Below are positions 41,943-51,993 of a stretch of DNA of 64,000 nt, piece by piece (the first letter of the stretch is position 1; every line of letters starts with the position of its first letter). The DNA lies in NCBI GenBank assembly GCA_963666215.2, contig CAXWPL010000005.1, positions 1,344,001 through 1,408,000 of the forward strand. Reading direction: 5' to 3'. Under the pieces are notes generated by a model, which worked only from the letters and a program-made list of their open reading frames with translations, searched no databases and had not been told where the DNA came from. Both the position numbers and the translations under genes were made by a program. Source of the DNA: Acidobacteriota bacterium. GTDB taxonomy: Bacteria; Acidobacteriota; UBA890; WLXD01.

Positions 41943-42455
41943 ATGCTGCGGTGGATCGACGTCAGGGAGTCCAACGTCACGGTTCACCTCTCCGGGTCGG
42001 GGGCTCCAGGTGCGCCGGCCGGCCACGTGATCAAAGCCCCGGTCGCAGAGGGGTCAGTCGAGGACACCGATACGCCGCACCTGGCGCTCGTGATCGATGT
42101 CGGCCAGCTTCGCGTCGTCGATCCAGGGCGGTCGAGCGACGAACGCCAGAAGGTGCGGGGGCAGCTACTCGGGCCCGAGGGGCTCGACGCGGAGCGTTTT
42201 CCTCGGATTACCTACCACTCGCTAACGATCGACCGAGTCGAGGCCGGCGTCTGGCTCGTGCAGGGCGAGCTGGAGATGCACGGGCGGTTCCTGCCGCTGA
42301 ACGTACGCGCCGTGCGCCTCGGAGATCGCTTCACGGGGACCACGACAGTGTTGCCGAGCGACTTCGGGATACCACCCATGCGCGCCGCCGGGACCTCGAG
42401 GATTGTCGGTAGCAATGTGCGGGTCGACTTCGACATCGTTCTGGAAGCGCCCTGA
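41943..42455 (+). CDS. YceI family protein (possibly 5' truncated)
   Basis: LDAERFPRITY, VQGELEMHG, SDFGIPP, VRVDFDI. Confidence 0.8.
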   Translation: MLRWIDVRESNVTVHLSGSGAPGAPAGHVIKAPVAEGSVEDTDTPHLALVIDVGQLRVVDPGRSSDERQKVRGQLLGPEGLDAERFPRITYHSLTIDRVEAGVWLVQGELEMHGRFLPLNVRAVRLGDRFTGTTTVLPSDFGIPPMRAAGTSRIVGSNVRVDFDIVLEAP

Positions 42456-42541
42456 GTCTTGAGACGCTTGGGCGGTGGCGCCCTTGATGTACCAAGAGCG
42501 GCCTCGGTCGTTGTCAGCGCGACTGTTAATGGAACGCGGAG

Positions 42542-42830
42542 CTACTCGCGACGTCCTGCCACCGCCGCCGCTTTTTCCTCCATGCGGGCGGTGCCCAGCA
42601 TGCCTCGCATCGGCTCTTCGTTGCCCTCGTGACAACCGTACTCGTAGATTCTGTCAGGCGTCAGCGTGAGATAAATGACGGCCGTCCATGGTGTGCTCGT
42701 CCACGTCCTTGGATCGTCGAGGGTGACCTCGTACTTGATGGTGTCGGCAGACACACGACTGAGACGCTCGACCACACGCAGGTTGTCGGCGGACCCCAGA
42801 AAGCGTGAATACTCGTTCATAGTTTTGTCT
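42542..42830 (-). pseudogene. C-terminal fragment of the same family as 37503-38595
   Basis: LRVVERLSRVSADTIKYEVTLDDP..W..YEYGCHEGN. Confidence 0.65.
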
Positions 42831-42974
42831 TCCACAGAGTCTGAGATCCCGCTGTCAAGACTGTCTCGGCGTTTTCGCGTCGACCCCTCCAGTCCAGCTT
42901 GGTATCTCTCGAAGTGCCGCCGTCCGTCGAGATCTGGCGCAACGCACGCGCGGTCGAAATCGCTCGAGTGTACA

Positions 42975-44009
42975 ATGCGGAGCATCCGTATAGCCTTCCC
43001 AAGGAGTTGCCATGCCAACAGGTCGCGTCGCCCAGCGTCCGCAGCCGTTGCCGTCCTCGCGTTCTTCGCCTTCTCGGCCGTCACGATTGGAACGCCGACC
43101 GCTGCCCGTGGTCAGCGGCTGACCGGTCCGGACCCGGCCCAGATGGAGGACGCGCCCGATCTCGGGTATCGTCCCATCCCCCACGGCTTACAGATTCGCG
43201 ATGACGTCGAAATGGGGGCACCGACCGCCGTCGCCTGGACAACCAAGAACCGCCTCTTGGTCTTCAACCGTGGCCCGAATCCGCTGATGGAGTTCGATGC
43301 TGACGGCGCCTTCGTGCGGTCGTGGGGCCAGGGGCAGTACGTCAGACCTCACGGGATGCGTCTCGACGCCGAGGGCAACATCTGGACGACAGACGTTGGT
43401 GGCCATACCGTGCGGAAGATGAACCCGGATGGTGAGGTGCTGATGACGCTGGGCGTCCACGGGCAGGCCGGCGACTGGGACGAGGCGACGAACACACGAC
43501 GGCTCATGGAACCCACGGACCTCGCCTTTGGCCGGTCGGGTGAGATCTATGTCGCTGTTGGCCACGGCCGAGGTGAGCCGCGCGTGCTGAAGTTCGACCG
43601 TGGCGGCACGATGCTCACCTCGTGGGGGCGAGCAGGGACCGGCCCGAGCGAGTTCGACACCCTGCATTCGATCGTGGTGGACGCTCAAGGGCTCGTGTAT
43701 GTGGCCGACCGACAGAATCGACGCATCCAGATCTTCGAACCCGACGGCACCTACGTCACAGAGCGGCCCTACAAGGGTCTCCCTTGTGGACTGTATGTCG
43801 CTGACGACCAGCAGATGTACATGGTGAGCGGACACGCCGGCGAGATACTTCGCCTCGACACGAACGGCAAGGTCCTAGGGGCCACGGGGCAGCCAGGCAT
43901 GGGACTGGGGGAGTTCGGTGAGGCCCACTACATGACGATCGGGCCCGACGAGGTCATCTGGGTTGCGGATACGGCCAAGCCAGCCTTGCACAAGTTCGTG
44001 AAGAAGTAG
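42975..44009 (+). CDS. NHL-repeat beta-propeller (peptidyl-alpha-hydroxyglycine lyase-like); start uncertain
   Basis: PHGMRLDAEGNIWTTD, PTDLAF, YVADRQNRRIQIF. Confidence 0.85.
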   Translation: MRSIRIAFPRSCHANRSRRPASAAVAVLAFFAFSAVTIGTPTAARGQRLTGPDPAQMEDAPDLGYRPIPHGLQIRDDVEMGAPTAVAWTTKNRLLVFNRGPNPLMEFDADGAFVRSWGQGQYVRPHGMRLDAEGNIWTTDVGGHTVRKMNPDGEVLMTLGVHGQAGDWDEATNTRRLMEPTDLAFGRSGEIYVAVGHGRGEPRVLKFDRGGTMLTSWGRAGTGPSEFDTLHSIVVDAQGLVYVADRQNRRIQIFEPDGTYVTERPYKGLPCGLYVADDQQMYMVSGHAGEILRLDTNGKVLGATGQPGMGLGEFGEAHYMTIGPDEVIWVADTAKPALHKFVKK

Positions 44010-44226
44010 CGAAACGGGTGGTCGGGTGAAATCAGGCGTGCGTGGGTTTCTTGCGTGGCCTCGAGGGTGAGTGGAGCGGCAGGTGGGTCGCGAGGGTGAC
44101 GTCAAGTCCGGGCTTCGGATCATCTCTCGTGACCTACAAGAGGGGCACCTGCTCAGCCTGAACGACAAGAGAGGGCAATGTCAGAGGGGGCGTTGGGGCC
44201 GTCCGGAGAGAACGGCGCGCACGGTG

Positions 44227-46056
44227 CTATCGCAACGGCTGAGCGCGGCGGGGGAGGGCAAACACGAACAGATTGCTGGCGCGGCTGGTGCGGAGCTCGG
44301 GAGTCATGAGGGCGTTGGTCAGTCTGCCCGGGCCGGTGCTGACGGCTACGTACTGGCGTCCGTCGACAGCGTAGGTGATTGGAAAGCCCATCACCGGGGA
44401 TCCGAGATTGATCTCCCACAACACATCGCCGGTCTCCTGGTCGAAGGCTCTGAACCGCCCGCCCTGGTCGCCGCCGAAGAGGAGTCCGCCGCCGGTGCTG
44501 AGCAGCGAGAAGGTCGCGGCCCGCGTTTCGTAGATCCACTTCGTCTCGCCGGTCTCTACCGAGATCGCACGCACGGTTCCGAGCTGGTCGGTGCCCGGTG
44601 CCAGTTGGTGATCGACAGCGAGCGAGTAGAACGGGCTAGATTGAACCATGGACATCGCCCGTTCGCTGCGGAGATTGTCGGTCGCCAACATGACCGCACA
44701 GGCCTGGCGAAGCGGGAAATACATGGTCTTGGTCAGTGGGCTGTAGGTGCCGGTCTCCCAATCCTTGCCGCCCGCCCAGGTCGGGCAGATCAACGCCTCC
44801 TGCTCCATTTCGGTGAAGATGACCTCCAGATTCTCGGTCACCTTGCCGGTGGCGGGGTCGATGTCGCTGATTACGTTTTGCGCGATGGTCGGCGTGGCCC
44901 AGAGAAACTCTCCGGTCTCGCGGTCGAGGGTGTAGACCAGGCCGGTCTTGCCCGGGATTCCGGTCACGACCTTGCGCACCTCTCCGGGCTGAAGTCGCGG
45001 GTTGATCCAGCGGACGCTGTCGGGGTCGGGGCTGACGACGGTGTCGAGGAGGATGCGCTCGAAGACGTGGTCGAGATCCCAGTGATCGTTGAGGTGCTGG
45101 TAGTACCAGCTGATTTCGCCGGTGTCGACCGCGAGCGCGAGGGTCGAGTTGTGGTAGAGGTGGGTTTTGTCGGTGCCGCCGAGCATGAACTTCGGCGCCG
45201 GCGAGGTGACCCCGGTGCCGATATAGACCAGCTCGAGCTCGGGGTCGTAGCTCGGCGGCATCCAGGTGCCTACATGGCGTCGCCTCTCCTGGGGCACGTC
45301 GCCCCAGGTCTCGTCGCCGGGTTCTCCCTGGGCGGGTATCGTGCGCCGCCGCCACACCTCTTCGCCGGTGTGTGCGTCGTGGGCCAGGATGACGCAGGCA
45401 TCGGGGCCACCGCTGGGTCGGCAACTTCGTCCAGAGATGAGCTTGCCGTCGGCGACGATGGGGCCCGCGCTGTGATGGGCCGGATTAACCTTGTAGTCGA
45501 GGATCTTGGTCTCCCAGGCGAGCTCACCGGTCGTTGCATCGAGCGCGTAGGCGTAGAGGTCGGCACTGGTGTTGAGGATGAATCGGCCGTAGATGGCAAT
45601 GTTGCGGGACTTACGGGCGAGAGGGCCGCCGTAGCCCCAGACATCATCCGGCAAGTCTCGTTTGTACTCCCACAACAAGTCCCCTGTCGCGGCGGAGAGC
45701 GCCTGAATTGTGTCTTCTGTGTTGGGGACATAGAGGACGCCTTCGTAGGCCAGCGGCGTGAGCTCGGCGGTTCCCGGAGCGAGGGCGCGAGTCCAGACCA
45801 TGCGGATCTCGTCCACGTTCTCTCGGGTGACCTGGTCGAGCGGGCTGTAGCCCCAGCTGTCGAGGGTGCGGCGATAGTTGATCCAGTCCTCCGGCGCCGG
45901 ATTCGCGAGCATGGCGTCGGTGACCGGAGTGAGCTCTGTCGACAGCGTGGCGGCGGTCGTCGTGTCCTGGCCGAGGGCGACCGAGACCACTAGACAGGCA
46001 GCGATCCCACTCAGCACGAGTCTCGCGCGGCAAGCAGAATTCATCGCTCGATTCAT
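44227..46056 (-). CDS. PQQ-binding beta-propeller dehydrogenase
   Basis: GYSPLDQVT.ENV, WMPPSYDPE, DHWDLD, ITYAVDGRQYVAV. Confidence 0.9.
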   Translation of the reverse strand: MNRAMNSACRARLVLSGIAACLVVSVALGQDTTTAATLSTELTPVTDAMLANPAPEDWINYRRTLDSWGYSPLDQVTRENVDEIRMVWTRALAPGTAELTPLAYEGVLYVPNTEDTIQALSAATGDLLWEYKRDLPDDVWGYGGPLARKSRNIAIYGRFILNTSADLYAYALDATTGELAWETKILDYKVNPAHHSAGPIVADGKLISGRSCRPSGGPDACVILAHDAHTGEEVWRRRTIPAQGEPGDETWGDVPQERRRHVGTWMPPSYDPELELVYIGTGVTSPAPKFMLGGTDKTHLYHNSTLALAVDTGEISWYYQHLNDHWDLDHVFERILLDTVVSPDPDSVRWINPRLQPGEVRKVVTGIPGKTGLVYTLDRETGEFLWATPTIAQNVISDIDPATGKVTENLEVIFTEMEQEALICPTWAGGKDWETGTYSPLTKTMYFPLRQACAVMLATDNLRSERAMSMVQSSPFYSLAVDHQLAPGTDQLGTVRAISVETGETKWIYETRAATFSLLSTGGGLLFGGDQGGRFRAFDQETGDVLWEINLGSPVMGFPITYAVDGRQYVAVSTGPGRLTNALMTPELRTSRASNLFVFALPRRAQPLR

Positions 46057-46304
46057 CGTTGGCCCCTCCTGGGTACTGCGAGCTGGCGTGAGGTGACGCT
46101 GTCGCAGCGCGCGAGGGATCATGGTCTGCCGGTATGGCTGTCGTCAAGAGGAGTCCAGCCGGCCGCAAACACGCCGCCGGGACCACGCACCCGGACCGCC
46201 GTTCCGGCGGGATGATGCCGCCCTCCTGAAGCAGGCCTAGCTCTCCCGCGGTCGCGAAGCCCTTAGCTCACTCCACCCCGGAAACTGCGCTCGCAGCCAA
46301 CGGG

Positions 46305-46700
46305 ATGCGCTTTCTCGCAGCCATCAACAGGAAGGCCGAGCTTGAGGTATTCGCAGGGCTAACAGGCCGCGAGACGGCACAAGATGCCCCCAGTCGTGAG
46401 GTGTGGGCCATCTGCGGCAGAAGGGCTGGAAAGAGCTTCATTGCGGCGTTGGTGGCCGTGTTTTTGACGACGTGTAGGAGCTACAAGCTCGCTCCGGGGG
46501 AGCGTGGCGTGTTTATGGTGATCGCCGCTGATCGTCGACAAGCAAGGGTAATTCGTCGGTATGTTGGCGGTCTCTTGCACTCGATACCGGTGCTCGAACA
46601 GCTCATAGAAAACGAGACGAAGGAATCGATCCAGCTCACGACCGGCGTGGACATCGAGATCCACCTCGCTGTCCGGAAGACGACCTCATCGATCTGCTGA
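46305..46700 (+). pseudogene. Phage terminase large subunit N-terminal fragment
   Basis: EVWAICGRRAGKS Walker A, LAPGERG, IAADRRQARV. Confidence 0.65.
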
Positions 46701-46873
46701 CTGGTCAGATGATCCGAGTCGTGTGGCCCGACGCTGACGTTTGGGTGATCGAGATCTCGTAGGGGGGGGGCAGCTCCCCCCATTACAGACAAGGGCTTGG
46801 TTTCACGCCCACGCGCCGCGGTGGGGGAGCCGCCCCATCTGAGTAGGGTGCGAGGCGGGTGCGTACGACGGGG

Positions 46874-46994
46874 AGGAAATCGCTTTTCTGAGCATGAGGA
46901 GCATGAGGGTTTTCGGAGGCCTGGGCGAGAGCTGGAGGTCCTGGGGGTCACTTCTCGGCGGCTCGACAGCAGGATCAGAGTGCGCGGGCCTGGC
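46874..46994. repeat. 121-bp dispersed repeat, copy 2
   Basis: See 40869-40989. Confidence 0.85.
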
Positions 46995-47271
46995 CGATCA
47001 GGTGGCGATCATGGTCATCGCCGTTGTCACAGCGGTCTTGGTCATGTTAGTTTCGGCAAAGCCCATCGGAGATTTCGTCGAGCGACACCCGACCTTGAAG
47101 ATGCTCGCTCTGAGCTTTTTGCTCTTGATCGGTACGACGCTGGTGGCGGACGGCCTCGGGTTTCACTTTCCGAAGGGCTACGTCTATTTCGCGATGGCGT
47201 TCTCGGTGTTCGTGGAGATGCTCAATATGAGGTTGCGCAAGGTGTCTGCCCCCGAAGTCGCAGGGGGCTAA
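46990..47271 (+). pseudogene. TerC family membrane protein, C-terminal fragment
   Basis: FVERHPTLKMLALSFLLLIG..L.ADG..FHFPKGYVYFAMAFSVFVE.LN. Confidence 0.85.
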
Positions 47272-48323
47272 TGAGGAGGAAAGCAGTGATGAGAATGTTT
47301 CTTGCGGTGAGTACAGTAGCCCTTTGCCTTGTTCTCGTCGCGTTCTCGGTGCCGCCGCCCGCCCTAGCTCAAGACGTCGGGCTGTGCGTGTCGGAACGTT
47401 TTGCGGATCAGTTGACCGATGTGGTTGGGCAGTATGACAACGCGACCATGATTCGCTTCGGCGATCGTGCGGAGCTGGTGGAAAAGGTCGGGGGCTGCGA
47501 TGCCGTCATCGCGGCGGCCGGAGGAGGTACGGACGAGATCCTTCGCGCCGGGTCCCGCTTACGGTGGCTCCAGACCGCGAGCGCCGGGGTCGAGACCATT
47601 CTCCGCTCCGACGAGCTGGTTGCTTCGGATGTGATCTTGACCAACGCGAAGATCCTGCAGGGGCCGGAGATTGCCGATCACGCCTTTGCGCTGCTCTTGA
47701 CTCTCACTCGTGACATCCGCTTTTTCAACACTCAGGTCTCGTGGAATCGCGAGAACCGTCTTCCCATCATCGAGCTGCGCGGTAAGACAGCTCTGATCAT
47801 CGGCCTGGGGGGAATCGGCACGCAGATCGCGCAGCGTGCAGCGGCGTTCGAGATGCGCGTTCTCGCGATCGATCCGAAAGATATTCCGATGAGCCGGGAT
47901 GTTGCCTATGTCGGCAAGCCGGACGAGCTCGACGACTTGTTGCCGCAGGCCGACGTCGTCTTTAGCAGCGTGCCACACACGCCCGCGTCTCGCGGCATGC
48001 TCGGCAAGGAGCAGTTCGCGGTGATGAAGGACGGTGTTTATGTCGTCAACGTGTCGCGCGGTCCGATCATCGACACCGAGGCGCTGGTTGCCGCTTTACG
48101 CTCTGGCAAGGTGCGTGCGGCGGGTCTCGATGTCACCGACCCCGAGCCCCTGCCAGATGGTCACCCGCTGTGGTCGATGCCCAACGTCGTCATCACGCCA
48201 CACATTGCGACGCAGTCCGACCACTCCATCGAGCGGCGAGTCCTCCTCTTTCGCGACAACATCGCGCGTTTCCTCGAGAACCGACCCTTACGCAACGTGG
48301 TTGACAAGAAAAAGGGGTACTAG
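47271..48323 (+). CDS. D-2-hydroxyacid dehydrogenase (SerA-like) with an N-terminal signal
   Basis: IGLGGIG, NVSRG, GLDVTDPEPLP..HPLW, ITPH. Confidence 0.9.
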   Translation: MRRKAVMRMFLAVSTVALCLVLVAFSVPPPALAQDVGLCVSERFADQLTDVVGQYDNATMIRFGDRAELVEKVGGCDAVIAAAGGGTDEILRAGSRLRWLQTASAGVETILRSDELVASDVILTNAKILQGPEIADHAFALLLTLTRDIRFFNTQVSWNRENRLPIIELRGKTALIIGLGGIGTQIAQRAAAFEMRVLAIDPKDIPMSRDVAYVGKPDELDDLLPQADVVFSSVPHTPASRGMLGKEQFAVMKDGVYVVNVSRGPIIDTEALVAALRSGKVRAAGLDVTDPEPLPDGHPLWSMPNVVITPHIATQSDHSIERRVLLFRDNIARFLENRPLRNVVDKKKGY

Positions 48324-48498
48324 ACCAGCGTTTCCAAAGTTCGTGCTGCATAGGTCGAGCTCATTCTGTTCGCTGGCCAGGCGCGGCGACGCAGGCATAT
48401 TGGGCAATATGTCGAGGAGCGCGGGGGCGCCTAGCCAACGCCGCCAGCGGACAGAAGGGGCCGAGATATGTGCGCGAACTTTGGAAACGCTGGTCTAG
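48320..48498. mobile_element. 179-bp CTAG-bounded MITE
   Basis: Perfect 24-bp IR CTAGACCAGCGTTTCCAAAGTTCG; its TAG supplies the upstream gene's stop codon. Confidence 0.8.
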
Positions 48499-48531
48499 AT
48501 TCAGGCGTGGTACTACCACGCCTGAATCTAG
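48495..48531. repeat. 37-bp perfect palindrome bounded by CTAG
   Basis: CTAGATTCAGGCGTGGTA-C-TACCACGCCTGAATCTAG. Confidence 0.85.
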
Positions 48532-48580
48532 TTTGCCGTTGGCGCCGCGGACGGCGCACTTGGGCGTTGCTTCCTATTCG

Positions 48581-49105
48581 CTGATATGGAACGACCTTTG
48601 TCAAGCACCCAACGCCCCATAGTTACCTTTTCGGGCAGAGCCGAATGACCGTGTTCCGTCGTGAGGTCGTGCACTCTTCGTTCGCGAATCCGGGAAAGGA
48701 CTCCCTGTCGCATAGCGAAAGCGCGAATCCTCGGATCGTGCCTCCCGGGGTCCACGCCCTCCACCCACTCGAGTCGTTGTTGTTTACCTGCCTTCTTGCC
48801 CTTCGCGAGTCGCCTCGAGAGGTCGGTTCGGGGTCCAGGCGGCTGGCGTAGCCATTCCGAAGGGACTTGGCCTGGAGGCCGAAGCGCCCTCTCGACAGAA
48901 TTGAGCATGGCAAGAAGCGGGCGCATGTTAGTTCGTGCCGGTGCCTTCCTGCAGTCGCGGGTAGAGGTAAAGAACATCCCACAGGAAGCCGACGAGCTCG
49001 CGAGCCATCGCAACGACAGCCTTGGGCGCCGGCTTGCTGGAGCCCAGTACGAAATGGAGATAGCGACGATGCAACCGAAGCTGCGCCTTGTCTGCCACAG
49101 TACAG
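48581..49105 (-). mobile_element. IS110-family 3' fragment with a long 3' non-coding end
   Basis: KAQLRLHRRY...KAVVAMARELVGFLW; end motif CTTGACA...CCATATCAG. Confidence 0.7.
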
Positions 49106-49109
49106 ATCT

Positions 49110-49317
49110 CCTGGGGTTGGCCCTGTTCGAGCAGGCCGCAGTCCAAGTACCGGTACACCACCCTTGCGACCACGCTGCGCAGGTAGCCGAAGGTCGGCTC
49201 GAAACGATCTTCGTAGACCTGGAGGAAGCGCTCAAAGTGGTGTGTCAAGGCGCGGTACGCCACGCTCCGCTCCGGCCGCCGCCGGCGATAGACCTGGCTG
49301 TGAGCCGCCTCTGCCAT
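49110..49317 (-). pseudogene. IS91-like transposase zinc-binding N-terminal fragment
   Basis: YRRRRPERSV.Y...HFERF...YLDCGLLEQG. Confidence 0.7.
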
Positions 49318-49499
49318 TGCCTCCCGTCGAAGACAAGAGACGGAAAGCGGCGCTCAGATCTGGCACCGATCGCACCTAATGCTCTTCCGCCCCGAGCTCG
49401 GCTTCCGCTCGAACCTCGCTGGGGAACGACCGTGGGCGGCAGCTTTCCCCCGGCTGCTGCAGCTGAGTTCAACGCTGCGTGCCTTGATACGATCGGTCC

Positions 49500-49802
49500 A
49501 TGAGGGTCTCAGAAACACCCAGCGTCATTCATTCGGATCCTGAGATCCTCGGTGGCGCACCCGTTTTCCGCGGTACGCGGGTCCCGGTCAAGAATCTCTT
49601 CGACTACCTGGAAGCTGGCAATCCACTCGAGAGGTTCCTAGATCACTTCCCAACGGTTTCGCGCGAGCAGGCGTTGGCGGCTCTAGAAGAGGCAGCTGAA
49701 GGCCTCGGAAGAGATCCGAGCCAGCTACCCGACGGTGAGCAAGGAGGCTCTTCAGGCCGTTATGGGCTTCGCGTCCCCGCACTGTTAGGGTATGGGCTTT
49801 GA
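49500..49802 (+). CDS. DUF433 antitoxin-type protein
   Basis: IHSDPEILGGAPVFRGTRVPV..LFDYL..G..L..FL..FPTV. Confidence 0.85.
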   Translation: MRVSETPSVIHSDPEILGGAPVFRGTRVPVKNLFDYLEAGNPLERFLDHFPTVSREQALAALEEAAEGLGRDPSQLPDGEQGGSSGRYGLRVPALLGYGL

Positions 49803-49935
49803 AGACGCCGTCCTCGCAGAACAAACCGACGATGCTTTCGGCGTCGCCGTCGACCACCGCGTGACAGTATCTGGCGGTGAGCTCTCGGATTTCGTCTTTG
49901 TCTTCGAGTCTTGTCAGTCGGTCTTCGGGTTTCAC
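49780..49935 (-). pseudogene. NTF2/SnoaL-like protein N-terminal fragment
   Basis: RLEDKDEIRELTARYCHAVVDGD...LFCEDG. Confidence 0.55.
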
Positions 49936-49952
49936 TTTTCCACCGGGCGGTG

Positions 49953-51935
49953 ATGGCTTCAGATAGTTATAACACCGCAGGTGGCGTGCTGGCGGCATTG
50001 GCAGCCGCCACGTTGGCATCCGCTACCCTCGGCCAGCAAGGTGCAGCTGACGGCGAATGGCGTCACCACGGTGCCGACCACGCCTTCACCCGTTACTCAC
50101 CGCTCGCCCAGATCGACGCGGAGAACTTTTCTCAGCTCGAAGTGGCCTGGAGCTGGGAGTCTGCCGAGCACGGCGTGGTGGAGAAGCCAGGGCACTTCAA
50201 GGGCTCCGCGCTGATGATCGGCGGCCGCGTCTACGCGGCGACCAGTCTCTGGCAAGTGGCGGCTCTCGACGCCGGCACCGGTGAGGCCCTCTGGATCTAC
50301 GACCCGAAGAGCTACGAGCGCCCGAAGGCATCGTATTCCACCCCTCGTGGCATCGAGTACTGGACCGACGGCGCCGATGAGAGAATCCTCATCGCTACCG
50401 GCGCTAAACAGCTGATTTCGATCGATCTTGCGACCGGGCGACCCGATCCTCGCTTCGGTGAGAACGGCATGGTCGACATGTCGCGAGATCATGGACGCCG
50501 AGACATACTCCTGCAGAACATCAGCCCCGGCTCGCCGGGGATCGTGGTGCGCGACACCTACATCGTCGGCTCGAGAGTCAAAGACGGGCCCCTGCGCAAG
50601 AAGGGTATTCCGCCGGGCCACGTGCGCGCCTACGATGTGCGTACCGGCGAGCTCAAATGGCGCTTTCACACCATCCCCCAGGAGGGTGACGAAGGCACCG
50701 AGACCTGGGCGAACGACTCGTGGAAGTGGCACGGCAACACCAACGTCTGGGCGCCCTTCGCCGCCGATGACGAGCTCGGAACCGTCTACATTCCCACCTC
50801 GACGCCGTCGAACGACTTCTATGGCGGCACGCGTCACGGCGACAATCTCTATGCCGAGAGCCTGGTCTGTGTCGACGCGGAGACGGGGGAGCGCGTGTGG
50901 CACTTCCAGACCGTGCATCACGGCATCTGGGACTACGACATCGCATCGGCTCCGAATCTGGTCGATGTGGTCGTCGAGGGTCGACTCAGAAAGGCCGTGG
51001 CCCAGGTGTCGAAGACGGCGTTTACCTATGTCTTTGATCGCGTGACCGGGGAGCCTCTGTGGCCGATCGAGGAGCGCCCCGTTCCGCCGTCGACGGTACC
51101 CGGAGAGAAGCTCGCCGCAACCCAGCCCTTTCCCACCAAGCCGCCGCCCTTCGACCGCCAGGGTGTGAGCATCGACGATCTCATCGACTTCACCCCTGAG
51201 CTGCGCCGTGAGGCGCTAGAGATTGCAGAGAAGTTTGTTCTGGGTCCGATCTTCACTCCTCTCATCGTCACGGGTGTTGGCGGCAAGCTCGGTAATCTCG
51301 TCCTACCCAGCCTCGGTGGGGGAGCAAACCATCCGGGGGCATCCGTCGACCCCGACACCGGCATGCTCTACGTGCAGTCGACCACGGCTCCGTCGGCAAT
51401 GGGCTTGACGAAGCCCGACCCGGCGCGCAGCGACTGGAGATATGTGAAGGACTCGGTAAGGACCCAGGGGCCCCAGGGGCTGCCGCTGGTCAAACCCCCT
51501 TATCGCCGCATCACGGCTATCGATCTCAGAACCGGGGAGCACGCCTGGCAGGTGCCGTTGGGCGAGGGACCGACCGATCACCCCGCGATCAAGCATCTCG
51601 ACCTCGGTCCCCTCGGCAGTCGCCCTTCGAGCGGCCGCAGGGAGGGCGGTCTTCTGCTCACCAAGACCTTGCTCATTACCTATGTCCCGCAGTGGGAGAG
51701 TTGGGACGATCGCTCGGCAAGCGGCAGCATCCTTCAGGCCTACGACAAAGCGACCGGCAGGGTGCTGGCGGAGGTGGAGACGGAGGCCACCCTACACGGG
51801 GTGCCGATGACCTACATGCACCAGGGCCGCCAGTACATCGTCGTGACGGCCGGCGGCGGCGGGTCTGGTACTTCGGGGGCGCTTTTCGGCGACCAGACAG
51901 AGAAAGCGCAGCTCGTGGCCTTCGCGCTCCCCTAG
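49953..51935 (+). CDS. PQQ-dependent (glucose/quinate-type) dehydrogenase
   Basis: RYSPLAQI, PPGHVRAYDVRTG, VHHGIWDYD, PMTYMHQGRQYIV. Confidence 0.9.
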   Translation: MASDSYNTAGGVLAALAAATLASATLGQQGAADGEWRHHGADHAFTRYSPLAQIDAENFSQLEVAWSWESAEHGVVEKPGHFKGSALMIGGRVYAATSLWQVAALDAGTGEALWIYDPKSYERPKASYSTPRGIEYWTDGADERILIATGAKQLISIDLATGRPDPRFGENGMVDMSRDHGRRDILLQNISPGSPGIVVRDTYIVGSRVKDGPLRKKGIPPGHVRAYDVRTGELKWRFHTIPQEGDEGTETWANDSWKWHGNTNVWAPFAADDELGTVYIPTSTPSNDFYGGTRHGDNLYAESLVCVDAETGERVWHFQTVHHGIWDYDIASAPNLVDVVVEGRLRKAVAQVSKTAFTYVFDRVTGEPLWPIEERPVPPSTVPGEKLAATQPFPTKPPPFDRQGVSIDDLIDFTPELRREALEIAEKFVLGPIFTPLIVTGVGGKLGNLVLPSLGGGANHPGASVDPDTGMLYVQSTTAPSAMGLTKPDPARSDWRYVKDSVRTQGPQGLPLVKPPYRRITAIDLRTGEHAWQVPLGEGPTDHPAIKHLDLGPLGSRPSSGRREGGLLLTKTLLITYVPQWESWDDRSASGSILQAYDKATGRVLAEVETEATLHGVPMTYMHQGRQYIVVTAGGGGSGTSGALFGDQTEKAQLVAFALP

Positions 51936-51993
51936 TGGGTGATCCACCTCTGTCGCCGCGGCCACCTTGGCCCATCTTCGAAGAACCGCACCC

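Noticed and set aside
44071-45993. 640-aa plus-strand ORF (and similar long antisense ORFs at 11310, 21570, 51967, 56608)
   Set aside because: Shadow ORFs opposite recognisable genes in GC-rich DNA.
46305-46700. Prophage
   Set aside because: Only a terminase stub; no portal, capsid or tail genes nearby.
46797-47270. N-terminal extension of the dehydrogenase ORF
   Set aside because: Read-through across the 121-bp repeat and the TerC fragment; the likely start is 47271 or slightly later.
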